Shown: in pieces, positions 1 through 13,160 of the stretch
How the letters are laid out: every line of letters starts with the position of its first letter
Position numbering within the stretch: position 1 is the stretch's first letter
DNA from: Epiperipatus broadwayi
Taxonomy: Eukaryota; Animalia; Onychophora
NCBI GenBank assembly: GCA_028023455.1
Contig: JAQFVV010000002.1
Location: forward strand, 8,990,001-9,054,000
Direction of reading: 5' to 3'
DNA: 64,000 nt
The notes under the pieces: model-generated
What the model was told of the DNA's origin: nothing
The model's input: only the letters and a program-made list of their open reading frames with translations
Database searches by the model: none
Position numbers and translations under genes: made by a program

Positions 1-13
1 TTATATTAACTAT

Positions 14-1862
14 TTGGAAAAGGAAACTAATAAAACTGTAATGTCTTCATATGCTACGGTTGTACAATCACATAAAACATTATCTAGTTCACAATCAGCT
101 AATACCAGTTTTTTTGACCCAGTTTGGTCTAATATTTATAATGAAGATGCAGAAGATCAAGAACAAATAATGTTTACTGATGAGTTTTTTTCTGATATAG
201 ATATGGATGATGGGGAGATTAATGAAATTATCAATGAATTTAATCAAACCATTCCCCATCAACTGTGAAATTCCTTTCTTAATTACTATAATCAGAAGTC
301 TATTATCTTAGCTGTAATGGATAGAAATAAGAACCTCTTCCACTTTCCCACAAAAAAACTGTGATTATCTGACAGGAAAAGAATTATGGGATCACATACA
401 CAAGATTCTAAGTCATCCTAATAATAGGTACATCATTATTGAGTGCAAAAACATTTGGCAAAAAAGAATTGTGCAAAGGGCATTGAAATTTTGTGGCAAT
501 AAACTGATTGTAATAGTGGATATGGATAGGCCCACAATACTGCAGGTCCACATAAGAAATTATATAAATTTTGAAAAACCAAGATTTGCAAAAACTATTG
601 GAACCCTATGGGATGGGAGAAATGTTTGAGTATATCCTTGGAAAAACATGAAAATAAACCCGTGCTCACAAAGGCAGCCATTTTCACTAATAAAAAGTAT
701 ACACCCACAGAAGTCCTGAAGCTCCATTGTGCAATGTTGGCCCCCATGCTTTCCGGGAATACCACCTCAGTGCTTTTTGTACTGATTGCAAACTCACTTG
801 GTGAAGGAGTGTCCACTTAGGATTGGCAATCCTGCAAAGTCAAAAGAACAAAATCTCATCAATGTTATGAGGGCAATATAGATGCCAGACAAACTAGTTT
901 CCCTACTGAAAAGCAAAATATGCAATCTCAATCTGAGGACCTTATGTTGTTTAGCCAACCAGAGTTGGAGAAGACATCAGTGGTGGAGATTTTAAAACCC
1001 GTTCAAACTTAAGTATTGGACCTTCATGAAACAACCCATTCAGGTCTTGAAGGATATTTCATTCTCACTGGATCAGCATTTAGTTTCTTCAGAAAACAAT
1101 CTATTATGTCAGATGTCGATTCTGACTGCACAATAATGGATGAACCTACAGTGCAACATGGAAAAACAAAAAGAAAAGCCTCCAGGAATGAGAAAAACTT
1201 AAAATCCTTTCACATTCCCTGGATCCCAAGCATGTGTCCAACTATAGCAAGAGCTCCTTGGAAAGTGAGTTTAGTATAAACAAAAATAAGGAGAAAAAAT
1301 TAAAGCCTAGTGATAAAGACAAGGATGGAAAAGTAGAGATTAGTCAAATGGAATGCATGAGGGATCCTATCAGTGTAAACTTATCACAGTCTGTTCTACT
1401 TTTATAGCTGGATTTGAACAAACAGGAACTGTCACTCATGGATGGGATTGAGAATCTTTCTTCTTTAAAGCTGCCTCAAGAGGTAACTGTCAAGTCGACC
1501 ATGTCTCAAGAGGCAACTGTCAAGTCGACCATAGAAGGGACTTGTTAGCTTTAAGTTGTTGATATATTTATCAAGAACATCAGACTGATAAAGGAAAGAG
1601 ACAGTAGACTAGCTCCTCAATGAGCATTCAGGAGCATGTAGGAGATGAGTGACATTGAGATGTCCATAATGAAATAATTAAATATATGGACCTGGGGTGT
1701 ATCCATGCTTAATTTAAATCTATGTATATATTCGTTTTAATGATGAATATAAAGTAATATTATTCATTGTATACCCCATGTTTAAGTTAAATATGTTAGT
1801 TTATATGGTTGGATTTGTTCCTTTGTAACCTTTATAACAATAAAGCTTCCTTTGAAAAAAAA
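14..1862 (+). mobile_element. Decayed L1/Tx1-like ORF1 (gag-like) element ending in a polyA signal and A-tail; no ORF2 seen
   Basis: Starts MSSYATVVQ. A long broken frame ends in a CCHC-like knuckle at 771-812 (CFLY*LQTHLVKECP, second Cys TGC>TAC), followed by low-complexity charged sequence, AATAAA at 1839-1844 and A8 at 1855-1862. Multiple stops and frameshifts. Confidence 0.5.
1475..1532 (+). repeat. 30-bp tandem duplication
   Basis: ctcaagagg(t/c)aactgtcaagtcgaccat at 1475 and 1505. Confidence 0.9.
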
Positions 1863-3379
1863 GGAAATTAATATTAAAAAGAATTGTTTATATTTAAAGT
1901 TATTTGTTAGATTTTCATTCTTTTTTCTAAATACACACATGTCAATCAATCATTTTTAGATAAAGATTACAGTTTTTTCATCCAAACACTAATAATGTAA
2001 TATAATGATAATCTTCAAAAAGAAATCACATTATAGTTCACTTTATTTTAAATAAGTAAGTCATTGTAAACATGTAGTTCATTTATCAGTTTTTTATAAT
2101 AAATAAATCTTTTTCTAACATATAAATTCAAAAGTCATTTTCCATCATTTTTGCAACATCTCACTTACAGATATATGTGTAATTCATTCAAATTGCTCTT
2201 TTAAGATAAAATGGGAATAAAGCATTTCATTTGCATTCATATAACAATAAATTATACTTGCACTTCAAAAAAAAATTATCTCATCCAGGTTTTTATTCAA
2301 GTGCTTAATATTAATTTATCACTCTTTTGAAATTCATAAAATTATTTATGAATTTTAACAAATATCCTTTTCATACTGATTAGATTAAACTTTCTTAAAA
2401 GATGATATTTATCAGATTTAAGTAAATCTATTAGAAATAAATGTTCATTCATCCTAAATATATTAAACATATTAAATTCAAAGTTCTTATGTATCTCCAA
2501 ATCTCCGGACTTATGATTTCTCTTCCCACAATATTTGATACACATTTTACTGACTCTTAAACTATTGCTATTGGCTTCCATAAAATTATCATAGTTACTA
2601 ATTAAGCTTCAAAGTAAAACTTTCTGATAGGAAATAACTGGTTTTTTATTCAGGCATTATTTCAAAACAGTCAATTATAGTTTTAAAAACTTTTAAATAA
2701 AAAATAATAAATGATTACAAAAAAATTACAACTTTAGACAATTAGATGAATAAAACAAAAATATTAATAATCAATTTTTTAATTTACACTCTCCCTAATA
2801 ACACATAGTACCATTGTCTAGACTGATCGAACATTTCTTTTTATACTGATTCTGTCTATAATTTCATTGGTTAATTCAGCTTTTAAATACATACTAATTT
2901 ACATAAAATTAAATGTTATCTTAAAAAAATATTTTTTTAAACTATGACTCATCATTTATTTAATATATAAGAATTGCTTAATACTTCTAAATTATAACAC
3001 TATGGCAAAAATACTGGATTGTACCTGGGGTAATGGTCACCAGTATGTGAAAATCAACTGCCTTAAATTGGCTAGCCATTTGTAACTCTACAGAAAATTT
3101 GGGTTTAAACCATGAGAAATCTGAGAAGTTGTCTTTTTATCCTCAAGTTAAAAAAAACAAGGGATGAGCATGATAGACCAATCTGAGAGATCAGTATATC
3201 TAACTATAAGTTCACCAGCACTCCCCAAAAGTAATAATCATCCATCATCATGAATGACATACCAAAATAAATCAATCAACAGTCCATCTTATGGCTGGAT
3301 TAGAACAAAAAATACAAATCAGTCAATCTGGTGACTGGATTGGAAATGGGTCTTCTATAGACCAGGCTATATTGAGCCT

Positions 3380-3680
3380 TTGCCAGTTTAGGCAATTATT
3401 TAACCATTAATTTGAATGCATCAACTTAAGTGCTCATCCATTAGAATATATGATCATCAAACAATAAGGCTGAGACATTAAAATGTGCTGATCATCATCA
3501 ATGCTCTTTCCACTTAGTACCATTAATGTACTGGCCAACTATAAACTTAATTTCTAATAGACAAACTAAATAAAATGTAATGCATGGACTTTGAAGAACA
3601 TCCTTTTTGTGCCAATTCAGGAATCATCATTAACATCATCTGGATGCCCATATACTAAATATAAACCCCTATCCCATATA
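3380..3680 (-). pseudogene. Degenerate non-LTR reverse transcriptase fragment
   Basis: Minus frame reads KKDVLQSPCITFYLV...INGTKW...VSALLFDD, resembling the QG..SP.LF and LLFADD motifs, with in-frame stops. Approximate bounds. Confidence 0.35.
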
Positions 3681-4124
3681 GCTATTATGCACAAATCTAT
3701 CTCAAGAAGCAAGAGTTCTATAATGTATTGCTGTGAGCAAGAGGGAAATCAATAAATAAATTAGCTTATTATAAATAATGTTAAGCAATTCATGAGCTTC
3801 CCCTACTTATAAATAAATAGCTTTATTGGTATGATAAAAAAACTAAATTTTAAAATATAAGCTGTCAGGATATAAGGTCACCTGCACATTGCACTTCATG
3901 AAACAGGAATTGGATAGAATAAAATAATTAAGACTAGAATTTTTTAAAAAAAAATAATTATTTAATATCTAATTTAAAAAATGACTAGATAATTTCAAAC
4001 ATTCATTTCATTATAAAAAATAAAAAAATACACAGTTTGATAAAATTATATTAACCCATCAAGTAATTTCTATTCATAGAATAACTTTCAATTCATTAGG
4101 ATATTTCTTTAAAAATATCTAATT

Positions 4125-4229
4125 TTTTTTTAAGTGTCATAGCATCGGCCAGGACGTGAACCCGCAACCCGGACAACTGCCTGCAAGTGCAAGGCAGTCA
4201 TGCTGATCTCTCGACCACCAATGCAAGAC
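4125..4229 (-). mobile_element. tRNA-Gly-derived SINE, copy 1
   Basis: Minus strand gtcttGCATTGGTGG...CCGATGCtatgacac plus A-tail. The acceptor-like stem GCATTGG/CCGATGC is retained. TSD aaaaatatctaatt at 4111-4124 and 4232-4245. Homologous to 38203-38308. Confidence 0.8.
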
Positions 4230-7200
4230 AAAAAAATATCTAATTGTTTGTTAAATATTTTCAGAATTCAAAGATAGCAATCTTTGATTCTACCCAGAGG
4301 GCAAATTGAGAAAAAAGAAACTTATAGTTATGAAACAAAAAAACAGATTTTCTTTTAATAAAAATAATGTGTACACATAAAAAAATACCTATAGCCATGG
4401 CTCTTTTGTCTATAAAGGTCTTTCCAGTTGCAATTTCAGTTTTTCCTAATGGAGTTTCTTCTTGAAGGCTTCTAAACATGGGCCTGATTAAATTTGTTCT
4501 TTCCTGGATCTGCAGCAATTCCTGGTAAATGAAATAGCAATTTTTGTCCATTTGGTTTTCCTCTTGAATTTTCAGGTGAGTCAGATGAAGGCAGAGACTT
4601 ATTGCTGTTGGTTGAAGGCAAGGCTGAAGACTGCTTAAAAGGGGTTTTATCTTTCCTACATTTTCTTCCAGTGAAGGTCGATTACATGGAGGAAGGTGAT
4701 GTCTAGTTTTTAGCTGAACTTAGCACATGGTTTTCATTGTACAAACCATTTTTAGTGCTAAACTCATAATATGCTAAATGCTTGCTCCAAAAAAAAACCT
4801 GCTATTTTATTCAATAGTTTGGTATCAGCTGGATCAAGCTTGGACTGCTCTCTCTTCTACAGCTATGTTAGGGATAATTTCTTCTATTTTTTCTAGCAGC
4901 AGAATTAAGATTTGACTGCTCTCTTCAACCGTTAAGTTAGCAATATTTATCCTACTGTCTTTTTCAAAAGGGGGATCAAGATTTAACTGCTCTCTCTTCA
5001 ACAATTAAGTTTGCAATACTTTTCTCTAAACCACTTGAGTATAATATATATGTAGTTTATTGAAGATAGTAAATAAATATTTTCTTTGTGGTGAATATGT
5101 GCAATGTCTTAGCATCATATTAAAGTTAAAACAAGTAGAACATTTTAGAATAAACTTTTAAACTATTTAAACATATTAATTAATATCTTATTATTTATTT
5201 TGTAAATAACATTGTTTTTATTAAATTTGAGTTAATAGTTTTATTTGATTTAATAAATGCATTATGTAACAATAATAATTCAAAGTGTCTATGCGATCAT
5301 AAACATTTGAAACTTTAAATAGCTTAAATATACTTTTTAGAATACTATGCATTATCTTACTATTAAAAAAATGAAAAATTTTCTGTATATATATATTTCT
5401 CCCTGCATATGATGGATCTTTATACCAGGATTTGCCATAATGATCACTATCAGTTTGTATTCACTATTTCAATTAATAATCAACTACTCACTACAAATGA
5501 TCTTTTAAAAAAATCAAATTATTTTTTCAAAAAATGGCCATCATTTTTTAATAGTGGTCATTTTATAACACTGAAGGTTTTATAAGAAAGTGAATTCATG
5601 AATGCAATTTCATTGAAAGCTAAAATGGTGATATTCATGCTACAAGATTATAGTACAATATAGAGTTTATTTATTTTATTATGTTTTGATTACAGTTAAA
5701 ATATGATTACTGTATTTATCTCATTTTCATTTAGTATTTTGACAACCTCTACTTTAATTTATAACATATCTAAGATAAATAAGACTTTCATCATAAATTG
5801 TGAAAATAAAAAAAAAGTTTCATTAACTACAATATATAATGAAATATATCCTTTGATCATGTTCAGAAATAAAGTCCATTACCAATAAATTTTAAAATAT
5901 GTGAATTAACTAAAAAATATTCACTCAGTCAATTTTTGTCTAAAATTTTCTTACAAGACTAATTTTATGCAAGTCAAAATGCTGTCATTTTAAATCTAAA
6001 TTATTTTCATTGCAAAAAAAAGAGGAAAATTATTTAATACAGTATGAAATTAATAATCAACTTTAATAAGTATAAGATGAAAATATCATTTATTTGTTTA
6101 ATTTTTATTCAGTTTTCTTGTAATTCATTTTTGTCATATGCAAAATAATGGTAACTTTTTCATAAATGTAAAAAAAATAGCAAAAAATATATACAATTTT
6201 CATTTAGCATAAATTTGGATCATACAAAGAGCATTAACAGTAAATTTTAAATTGTGTATGTTACTTCAAAAATAATTTTTATTTAACAAATTTCTAACAT
6301 ATTTTCATGCTTATGCAAAAATTAATTTTTCCCTGGCAAAAATGCATTATTCTATGCTGAAATATTATTGGCAAAAAAAAAAAAATATTTTTTTTATTAA
6401 AACTAAAAATCAAAAGCACAATGCATTTTTTGATTTCATTTTTATTTAATTATGATTACGTATAATGCTTCATGAAAAATTAAAGTACTGCCAAAAAATT
6501 AAAAGTTTTATTAGATTATTTCAAAAATAAAAAAAAACTTTGAAAATAAAATATAACAAGTATCAAAAATAAAATTTATAATCACTGTATTAAATTCTTT
6601 TTTTTTTCTATATATATTTCATTTTAATGTAATGAATCTTGATTCAGGAAATATTCTTAGTCTAGATAAGATTAAATTGTAAAGTAATACATTATAGTTT
6701 AAAAAAATTACTGCAACTAAAATACTTTTATTATACAATATATTTACCCATGGATTAGTACTTTTTTTATTTTAATATATATTTATGACAAGTTATTTAT
6801 CTATGTAGCATGTGTTTTATTTGTAACAGTCATTAAGAAATCACCCCCCCCCCCCACATACATTGTATGAATTTATAATGCTTGAGGAATATTCCCTTTT
6901 TTTAAACACAAGATAAATTGTAAGGGGATAATTCCCCAATGACTATTAATATATGTTTAATAAAAAAAATCATTAATTATCTCTTTTACTGAGATTTTAT
7001 ATTTACTTTTTTGTATATTTTGAATGTAGAACAACAAATTCAATTTTTTGCCATAGAAAATTATTGTAATTGCTTACTTTTTATATGCAATTTTTAGTTT
7101 ATGAAGCATTTTGAAAAACAACTGAGCTCATTGTTTAAGGTAAATCTGTATTGATCTACATAAAAGCAGATTTTCTTACATCAAAATATTTTTGATAAGG

Positions 7201-7321
7201 ATTATTGCCTTTAAACTTTGAAAAAAAAGTTAGACCATCATCAGTGATGTTAGACATATATTTTTTAATTAATTGTAAATAATTTTCATATAGTTTTATG
7301 GTTTATCATAAAATAATATTT

Positions 7322-8498
7322 ATAGTCAATAATATGTTTAAAAATACATATATACAAGCAACAAAGATTACAAATTATAAAATTATCATAGAAAAGCCTT
7401 TTTCAGCAAATTATGTTTTATGCCCTTTTCAATATGTCTCCAGAATACCACAATTTAAAGTACATATAGCAACATCTATATCAATACATGAGAGAAGACA
7501 GATAAACAAATGGATATCCGACACGATCTATTATGTGATTTTTTTTCCAATCCTACTACAAAATGACCCTGTTATATATATTGAATGGTTATATATCCAC
7601 ATATATTAATTAATTAACTATCCATTCTTTATCCATTAACCATTTATTATTCAAATTAATGGATGTTTTGTATATATTCATACAGTTATTTTTATTATAC
7701 ATGATATAGTTTGTTTCATATATTTTACGTCTATTAACATTTTTAATATAATCTAGAACACTTATATTTTCAATACAATTTATTTTATGTCCTATGTTAC
7801 AGAAGGATAAATTTAAACAAACATATATGGGATATAGATATGCAGCACATAGTATTGACAATATATTTTCACGATATGGGCAAATAGTACGAATAATAAT
7901 AGATGTAGGACTAATAAACAAAAGAAGTGGATAAAATTTTATATTTGCCTAGTGTATATAATTTATTAAATAAAAAAAGTAAAAATTATATAGATAAAAA
8001 CATTAATATGGGATGGGCTAATAGCAAAAATTTAGATAAATTGATAACTAATTGTAGGACGAAAGATGATATAAAATATAAGAGAGGAATGGTTTATAAA
8101 ATTAAATGTAATTTTTGTAATATGGTTTACTATGGCCAGACGGCAAAGCAATTGGGAGAAAGAGCTAAAGAACACAATGATGCTATTGCTAGGAAAGATG
8201 ATAGATCTGTGTTATATTTTCATTATTTGCAGTACGAACATAAAATAAATTGTATTGAAAATATGTGTTCTAGATTATATTAAAAATGTTAATAGTAGGA
8301 TTGGGAAAAAAAATCACATACTAGATCATGTTGGATATCCATTTGTTTATTTGTCTGTACTTTAAATCAAGGTATTCTGGAGACATATTGAAAAAAGCAT
8401 AAAACATAATTTGCTGAAAAAGGCTTTTTTATAATAATTTTATAATTTGTAATCTTTGTTGCTTGTATATATGTATTTTTAAACATATTATTGACTAT
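7322..8498. mobile_element. Penelope-like element remnant with inverted 3' end (family PLE-A)
   Basis: Inverted arms 7322-7558 / 8293-8498 and ~7731-7790 / ~8238-8295 enclose a GIY-YIG endonuclease remnant. Confidence 0.8.
7927..8283 (+). pseudogene. PLE linker plus GIY-YIG endonuclease, truncated
   Basis: GMVYKIKCNFCNMVYYGQTAKQLGERAKEH...HYLQYEH is a PLE-type GIY-YIG motif with CxxC and His residues. The C-terminus (RRKIYETNYI...NCMN) lies inverted at ~7610-7790 on the minus strand. Confidence 0.8.
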
Positions 8499-8654
8499 TG
8501 TATACTTGAAGTGCAACATAAAAAAAGAATTGTTTTTAATTATGATTCTTTTTCTGTATAATAATATTTATATATATTTATTTCATATACAAAATTAACA
8601 AAGCGTATGACACACTTGAATGTGAAGCTATCAAGATACACAGAAATTATTACA

Positions 8655-8695
8655 CGCTAAGCGCTTTCGAGGCCTTTTGCCTCATATTCATAGCG
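8655..8695 (-). ncRNA. Degenerate minimal hammerhead ribozyme in PLE-B 3'UTR
   Basis: CGCT atgaata T GAGGC AAAAG GCCTC GAAA GCGC TT AGCG. Stems I and II, GAAA and the palindromic GCGC loop are present; the CUGANGA box is mutated. Confidence 0.55.
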
Positions 8696-8763
8696 GTACT
8701 GTGAGCTGCAGAACGAAGAAATAGGGCAAGGAAACAAAACTATGCAAAGCATATGCAAATGAA

Positions 8764-9105
8764 CTAGATAGTCCAACGTTTGGAGATGTCAAAGCAGGTA
8801 TCTCGTCTATTGATGGAGCTATTATTGCCATTAATAAAATATGCTTCTCTGATTTTCCACTTGATGTCATTTTTCTCAATACAGACTATTTTAGGGCTGG
8901 AAGGTTCAAACACATGTCCTGTTTTCTTGGAATGCTCTAAAAATGTTGATGAATTATCATTGTTTTTGATAGCTCTTTTATATGTATATCTGTGTTGTGC
9001 TGTCCTGTTGATTATGCCTGCTTTGGTTTCACCAAAATAAATGGCCCGGCAACCAGGTTGTGGGCATGATATGCTGTAAATGACATGAGGAGTCTGAGAA
9101 GGTTC
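8764..9105 (-). pseudogene. Uninterrupted 113-codon PLE GIY-YIG endonuclease domain (5'-truncated, no start codon)
   Basis: EPSQTPHVIYSISCPQPGCRAIYFGETKAGIINRTAQH...LEHSKKTGHVF...IREAYFINGNNSSINRRD...WTI*. Missed by the ORF track because it has no start codon. Confidence 0.85.
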
Positions 9106-12048
9106 ATTTGCATACAGTTTTGTTTCCTTGCCCTATTTCTTCGTTCTGCAGCTCACAGTACTGCAGGCAAAAGGCCTCGAAAGTGCTTAGCATGTAATAA
9201 TTTCTGTGTATCTTGATAGCTTCACATTCAAGTGTGTCATATGCTTTGTTAATTTTGTATATTAAATTATCAAATGAGAAGTTTTAAAATCTTTAATATT
9301 TTACAAATATATTTATTTCATATATAATGTCAGATAATTATAGTATATTTAGTTGATCATTATCCTCAATAATTGAGATTATACAGGGTTTACATTCTGT
9401 TTTGTTTAATGTAAATTCTATATTTGTTTTTGAATAATAACATTATTGGAATTTATACAAGGATAAAAATAGTTTATTAAATTTTTAATAAGAAATGCAT
9501 TATATTCATTGTCATTCATTTAACACTTAACATAATAATATTACATCCTTATTTTGTTAATATTTAACATGTATATTTAATTTAAATACCACAAATTAGA
9601 TGTTATTCTTTATATATATTATCAAACATTAATATTTGTTATTTATTTTATGAAAATCTTTAGTTTTTTTGGTATATTACAGTTCAAGGATATTTGCATG
9701 AAAATTTTGGATATGCTAATTATTTTTTAGATCATATCATAGACTGATTTATTTTAAGTACATTTACTTTATTATAAGTTGCACTTCCTTTAATTAACTT
9801 CTTTTTTTATTATTATTATTAAATTAATTATTATTTTTGACCTGTAAAGTTGTTATTACAATAACCAATCAATGTTGGAAAGGTTGTGCTGATCAATTTT
9901 TTCTATTATTAGTTGTAAGTAAATATGAAATACCATTTATAAATGCACTGAGACATCTATCTGTTTAAAATTCTTAGTTTTGTTATCAATAATAAAATTT
10001 ATATTTTACAAACTATACAAAATATTAATAATGCTAATGAGAGTTAAATAGTTTAAAATTATATAAAATTGTAATAAAATATTTGGTATGCTTAAATTTT
10101 ATCATCTTTTTGATTTAATTAATATGGTTACTCCATAAGTTGTCTCATGAAATGATAGATTAAACCACGGAAAAGTTTATATTTGTTGTTTTTGATATTT
10201 TTATACATTCAAAACATTTTGTCAATAAAATCTTATGTAGACTGGGTATCAATATTTTAAATGACAAACATTTCTTTGTTGATATAATGTATTCTAGACT
10301 TTATATGTGCAAAATAAAGCTTTGGATTTATTAATCCTAGCCATCCATAATTTATTAGTGTGATATAGATATCAATAAAAATGTAATAACTATCAAAATT
10401 AATTTTAGCAGAACGACTTTATTTTGTGGGCATAATAAATTAATATACTGATGGTAATTAATTATTTTGGTTTTGATAGTAAGATATAATTTATAAATAT
10501 TAAATCATTTTACTTCATTATTATTATTACTATTATTAATCTGTTTAAATGGCTTTTATTTTTTAACTTAGGTGCATTAAAGAAAGGCTGTTGAAAATCA
10601 TAAAAAATATTTTTTATTCATTTTTTTTTATTTTTCCATATTGCTGATTTACTTAGTGGAATAAGGAAATTATTTGTCTGAAATATATCCATTATGCTCA
10701 TAATTAATTTTAATGGTGTTAAATCCTGGAAAAGTAATTGTTAGATGATTGACTTATACAACTATAGTTAGTTTGATCTCAATATGAGGAATGTATTATT
10801 TCTTGATTGTTTTTAAAATAAAGCATCCTAAAATTAACAAAAAGTATAACCGATGGCATAGCAAGATGGTTCTTGCTATCTTAATGCAGTATAATACTCT
10901 CATATAGTTTTTATCTTATTTTCAATTTATCATGTACAAGTAATTCACATAATTAAATAACAAAATAGTTTGACAATTTTAGATTTCTTACATGTAATCA
11001 ATGAATTTTCTTGCACTTCTATTTGCAGCATGAAGGTCCTTTTGTAATTTATTTCATGATATGCCATTTATATTTTTTATTATTTGGGACTGCAGTTTAT
11101 TAAAGATAATTTTTCTAAAAATATCAACATCCTACATTCAAATTGGTCTCGTTTCATCAAATATGATATTGCTATGACTGGGTTTTTTTAAATACTATAC
11201 AAAAATATTTTATTTATTTATTTGAAAAACTGAGTTATTGTCTTCATAACACTTATATATTCATTTGAGATGTTAGAAGTATATCAATAATGAGATTATA
11301 TCTGTAGCTATGATGATAATGGACTTACATTTTTTAATCTTTTTATGATTTCATCTTCTATAATTTATATTTTATTATTTATAATTTTGTTATTAGACAA
11401 ATTATTATATAAGCAAGCTTACTGGATATGATATTATTTTGTGTAGCTGAATGTACACATAGAAATGGTTTTTTTTTTTATACTTTAAAAACATTTATTA
11501 TATAGATTACTAGTGCTTATAATTTATAAGATGCTTATTAAGTATGGTAATATAATTTTTTTCACAATTATATGGGAGTCTATAAAGATTTTTAATGTTG
11601 GAATACATTATGTCTTTTCAAAATGTGATTTATAAATTTCATGTCTTATATTTATCTCTTTTTTATTTGTTTATATATTAGTATAAATTTAACAAGCTCA
11701 ACATCCATTATTTTTTTTAATGTTAATCCATAAAATGTAATATGACTAATAATATTCAAATAATTATTACTGCAATTGGCTTTTTTTAAAATCAAGCTAC
11801 ATATTAATGTTATATTATGAAATATATTTAGTACATTTGCATACTGGTTTGTGTATTTTCTTGTTCTGTCTAAATAAAACTTGGGTCTTTTTTTTTTACA
11901 AGATCAAAGAAGTTTAAATTCATTTCTGGATAACAAATTATGCAGTTGAACATTGATACTGACTCTGTTTCAATGTTTGATCTATTAAGCATGCTGAAAA
12001 ACACAGTCCCTTTTTACTAATAATTTATATATTCATAAAGGTTCTTAC

Positions 12049-12247
12049 GGATAATTCAACTGATGATGTATTACCCTGAAGGCATATCAGTCTGATGTTG
12101 CAATTTTTAAGATAACATCTCCAAGTGATCTGCGGACACATGTAATCACTAAAATGTGTCCGCAGATTATGTGAACACGGTACGTTAAAAATTCGCAAGA
12201 TCAGACTGATATGCCTTCAGGGTAATACGTCGTCAGTTGAATTATCC
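12049..12247. mobile_element. Fold-back / MITE-like element with nested hairpin
   Basis: ~60-bp terminal inverted repeats (ggataattcaactga(t/c)ga(t/c)gtattaccctgaaggcatatcagtctgat...) and an inner perfect 14-bp IR atctgcggacacat (12128-12141 / 12154-12167). No clear TSD. Confidence 0.7.
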
Positions 12248-13160
12248 ATGACTACTGTAATAAATTTATTGCTTAATAGGAAGATATATATATATATTAC
12301 ATTGAATGATAAAGCATTACCAAACTTTAATCTATACCTCAATGTTTTCTTCTCTGCACACTTCTCTTCATAATATATATAAATTTATTATTTAAAAAGA
12401 TAGAAAAAGAATTTCCAGGAATACATATTCATATCATGAAAGAAACTATTAGTCACATAGCTCAATAGATGCTTTGATCATTTTCTGCCATCCAAAAACA
12501 TTTGCCCAAATGCAAAAACATATTTGACATAATAAAAAAAACATCATCTCAGATTTAACAAGAATAAATTCTTTTCTTAGAATATGATCATTGGTAATAC
12601 TACATCCCTTTCCTTTACTGTATCGTCACATAAAGTTTTGGCTTTCTGATCTATCTCTCAGGAAATGCAATGAGATCTGAAGTGTAAAATAATCTTTTTT
12701 TTTTATCTCTATTGAAAAATTCAATTTTTTTTTTCGTCCAAAACATAACTATCAAGCTTTTCCCTGCGTTAACATTTGAGTCTTCTAATTAGTATATCTT
12801 ATTGTTCATTATTTTTATATATAGAGATTCTGGAAAATTCATTATTTTGCAGTGGTTTATATAATGGCTGTTTTAGGCTTATATCTTTATGCATGTTTTT
12901 TGATGGGCTTGCACACACATATTCAAATGGTCAAAGAAAGACATTATATTTGTGTTTTTTTCTATAATGGCCTCAGTTTTATGTTAGTTTGAAATATCTT
13001 TTACATTTTATCTAAAAGACTAAGTACTAAAAACATCACATACTTTTTTTCTTACAGTTAACATATACTTTTAGTAATTTACTTTATTTATTCTAATTCA
13101 GAATCAGATATTGAATAATTAGTGAACATTAAATAGTAGTGCTTCATAAGCACACTTTTT

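Larger units (their letters stand above)
8590..9306. mobile_element. Penelope-like element with inverted 3'UTR (family PLE-B), 18-bp TSD
   Basis: Arms ~8590-8763 / ~9103-9257. The TSD atatatttatttcatata is at 8572-8589 and 9307-9324. Contains a GIY-YIG frame and a hammerhead-like motif. Confidence 0.85.

Noticed and set aside
10858-10879. 9-bp perfect hairpin ATAGCAAGA-tggt-TCTTGCTAT
   Set aside because: Isolated, and compatible with chance in 64 kb.
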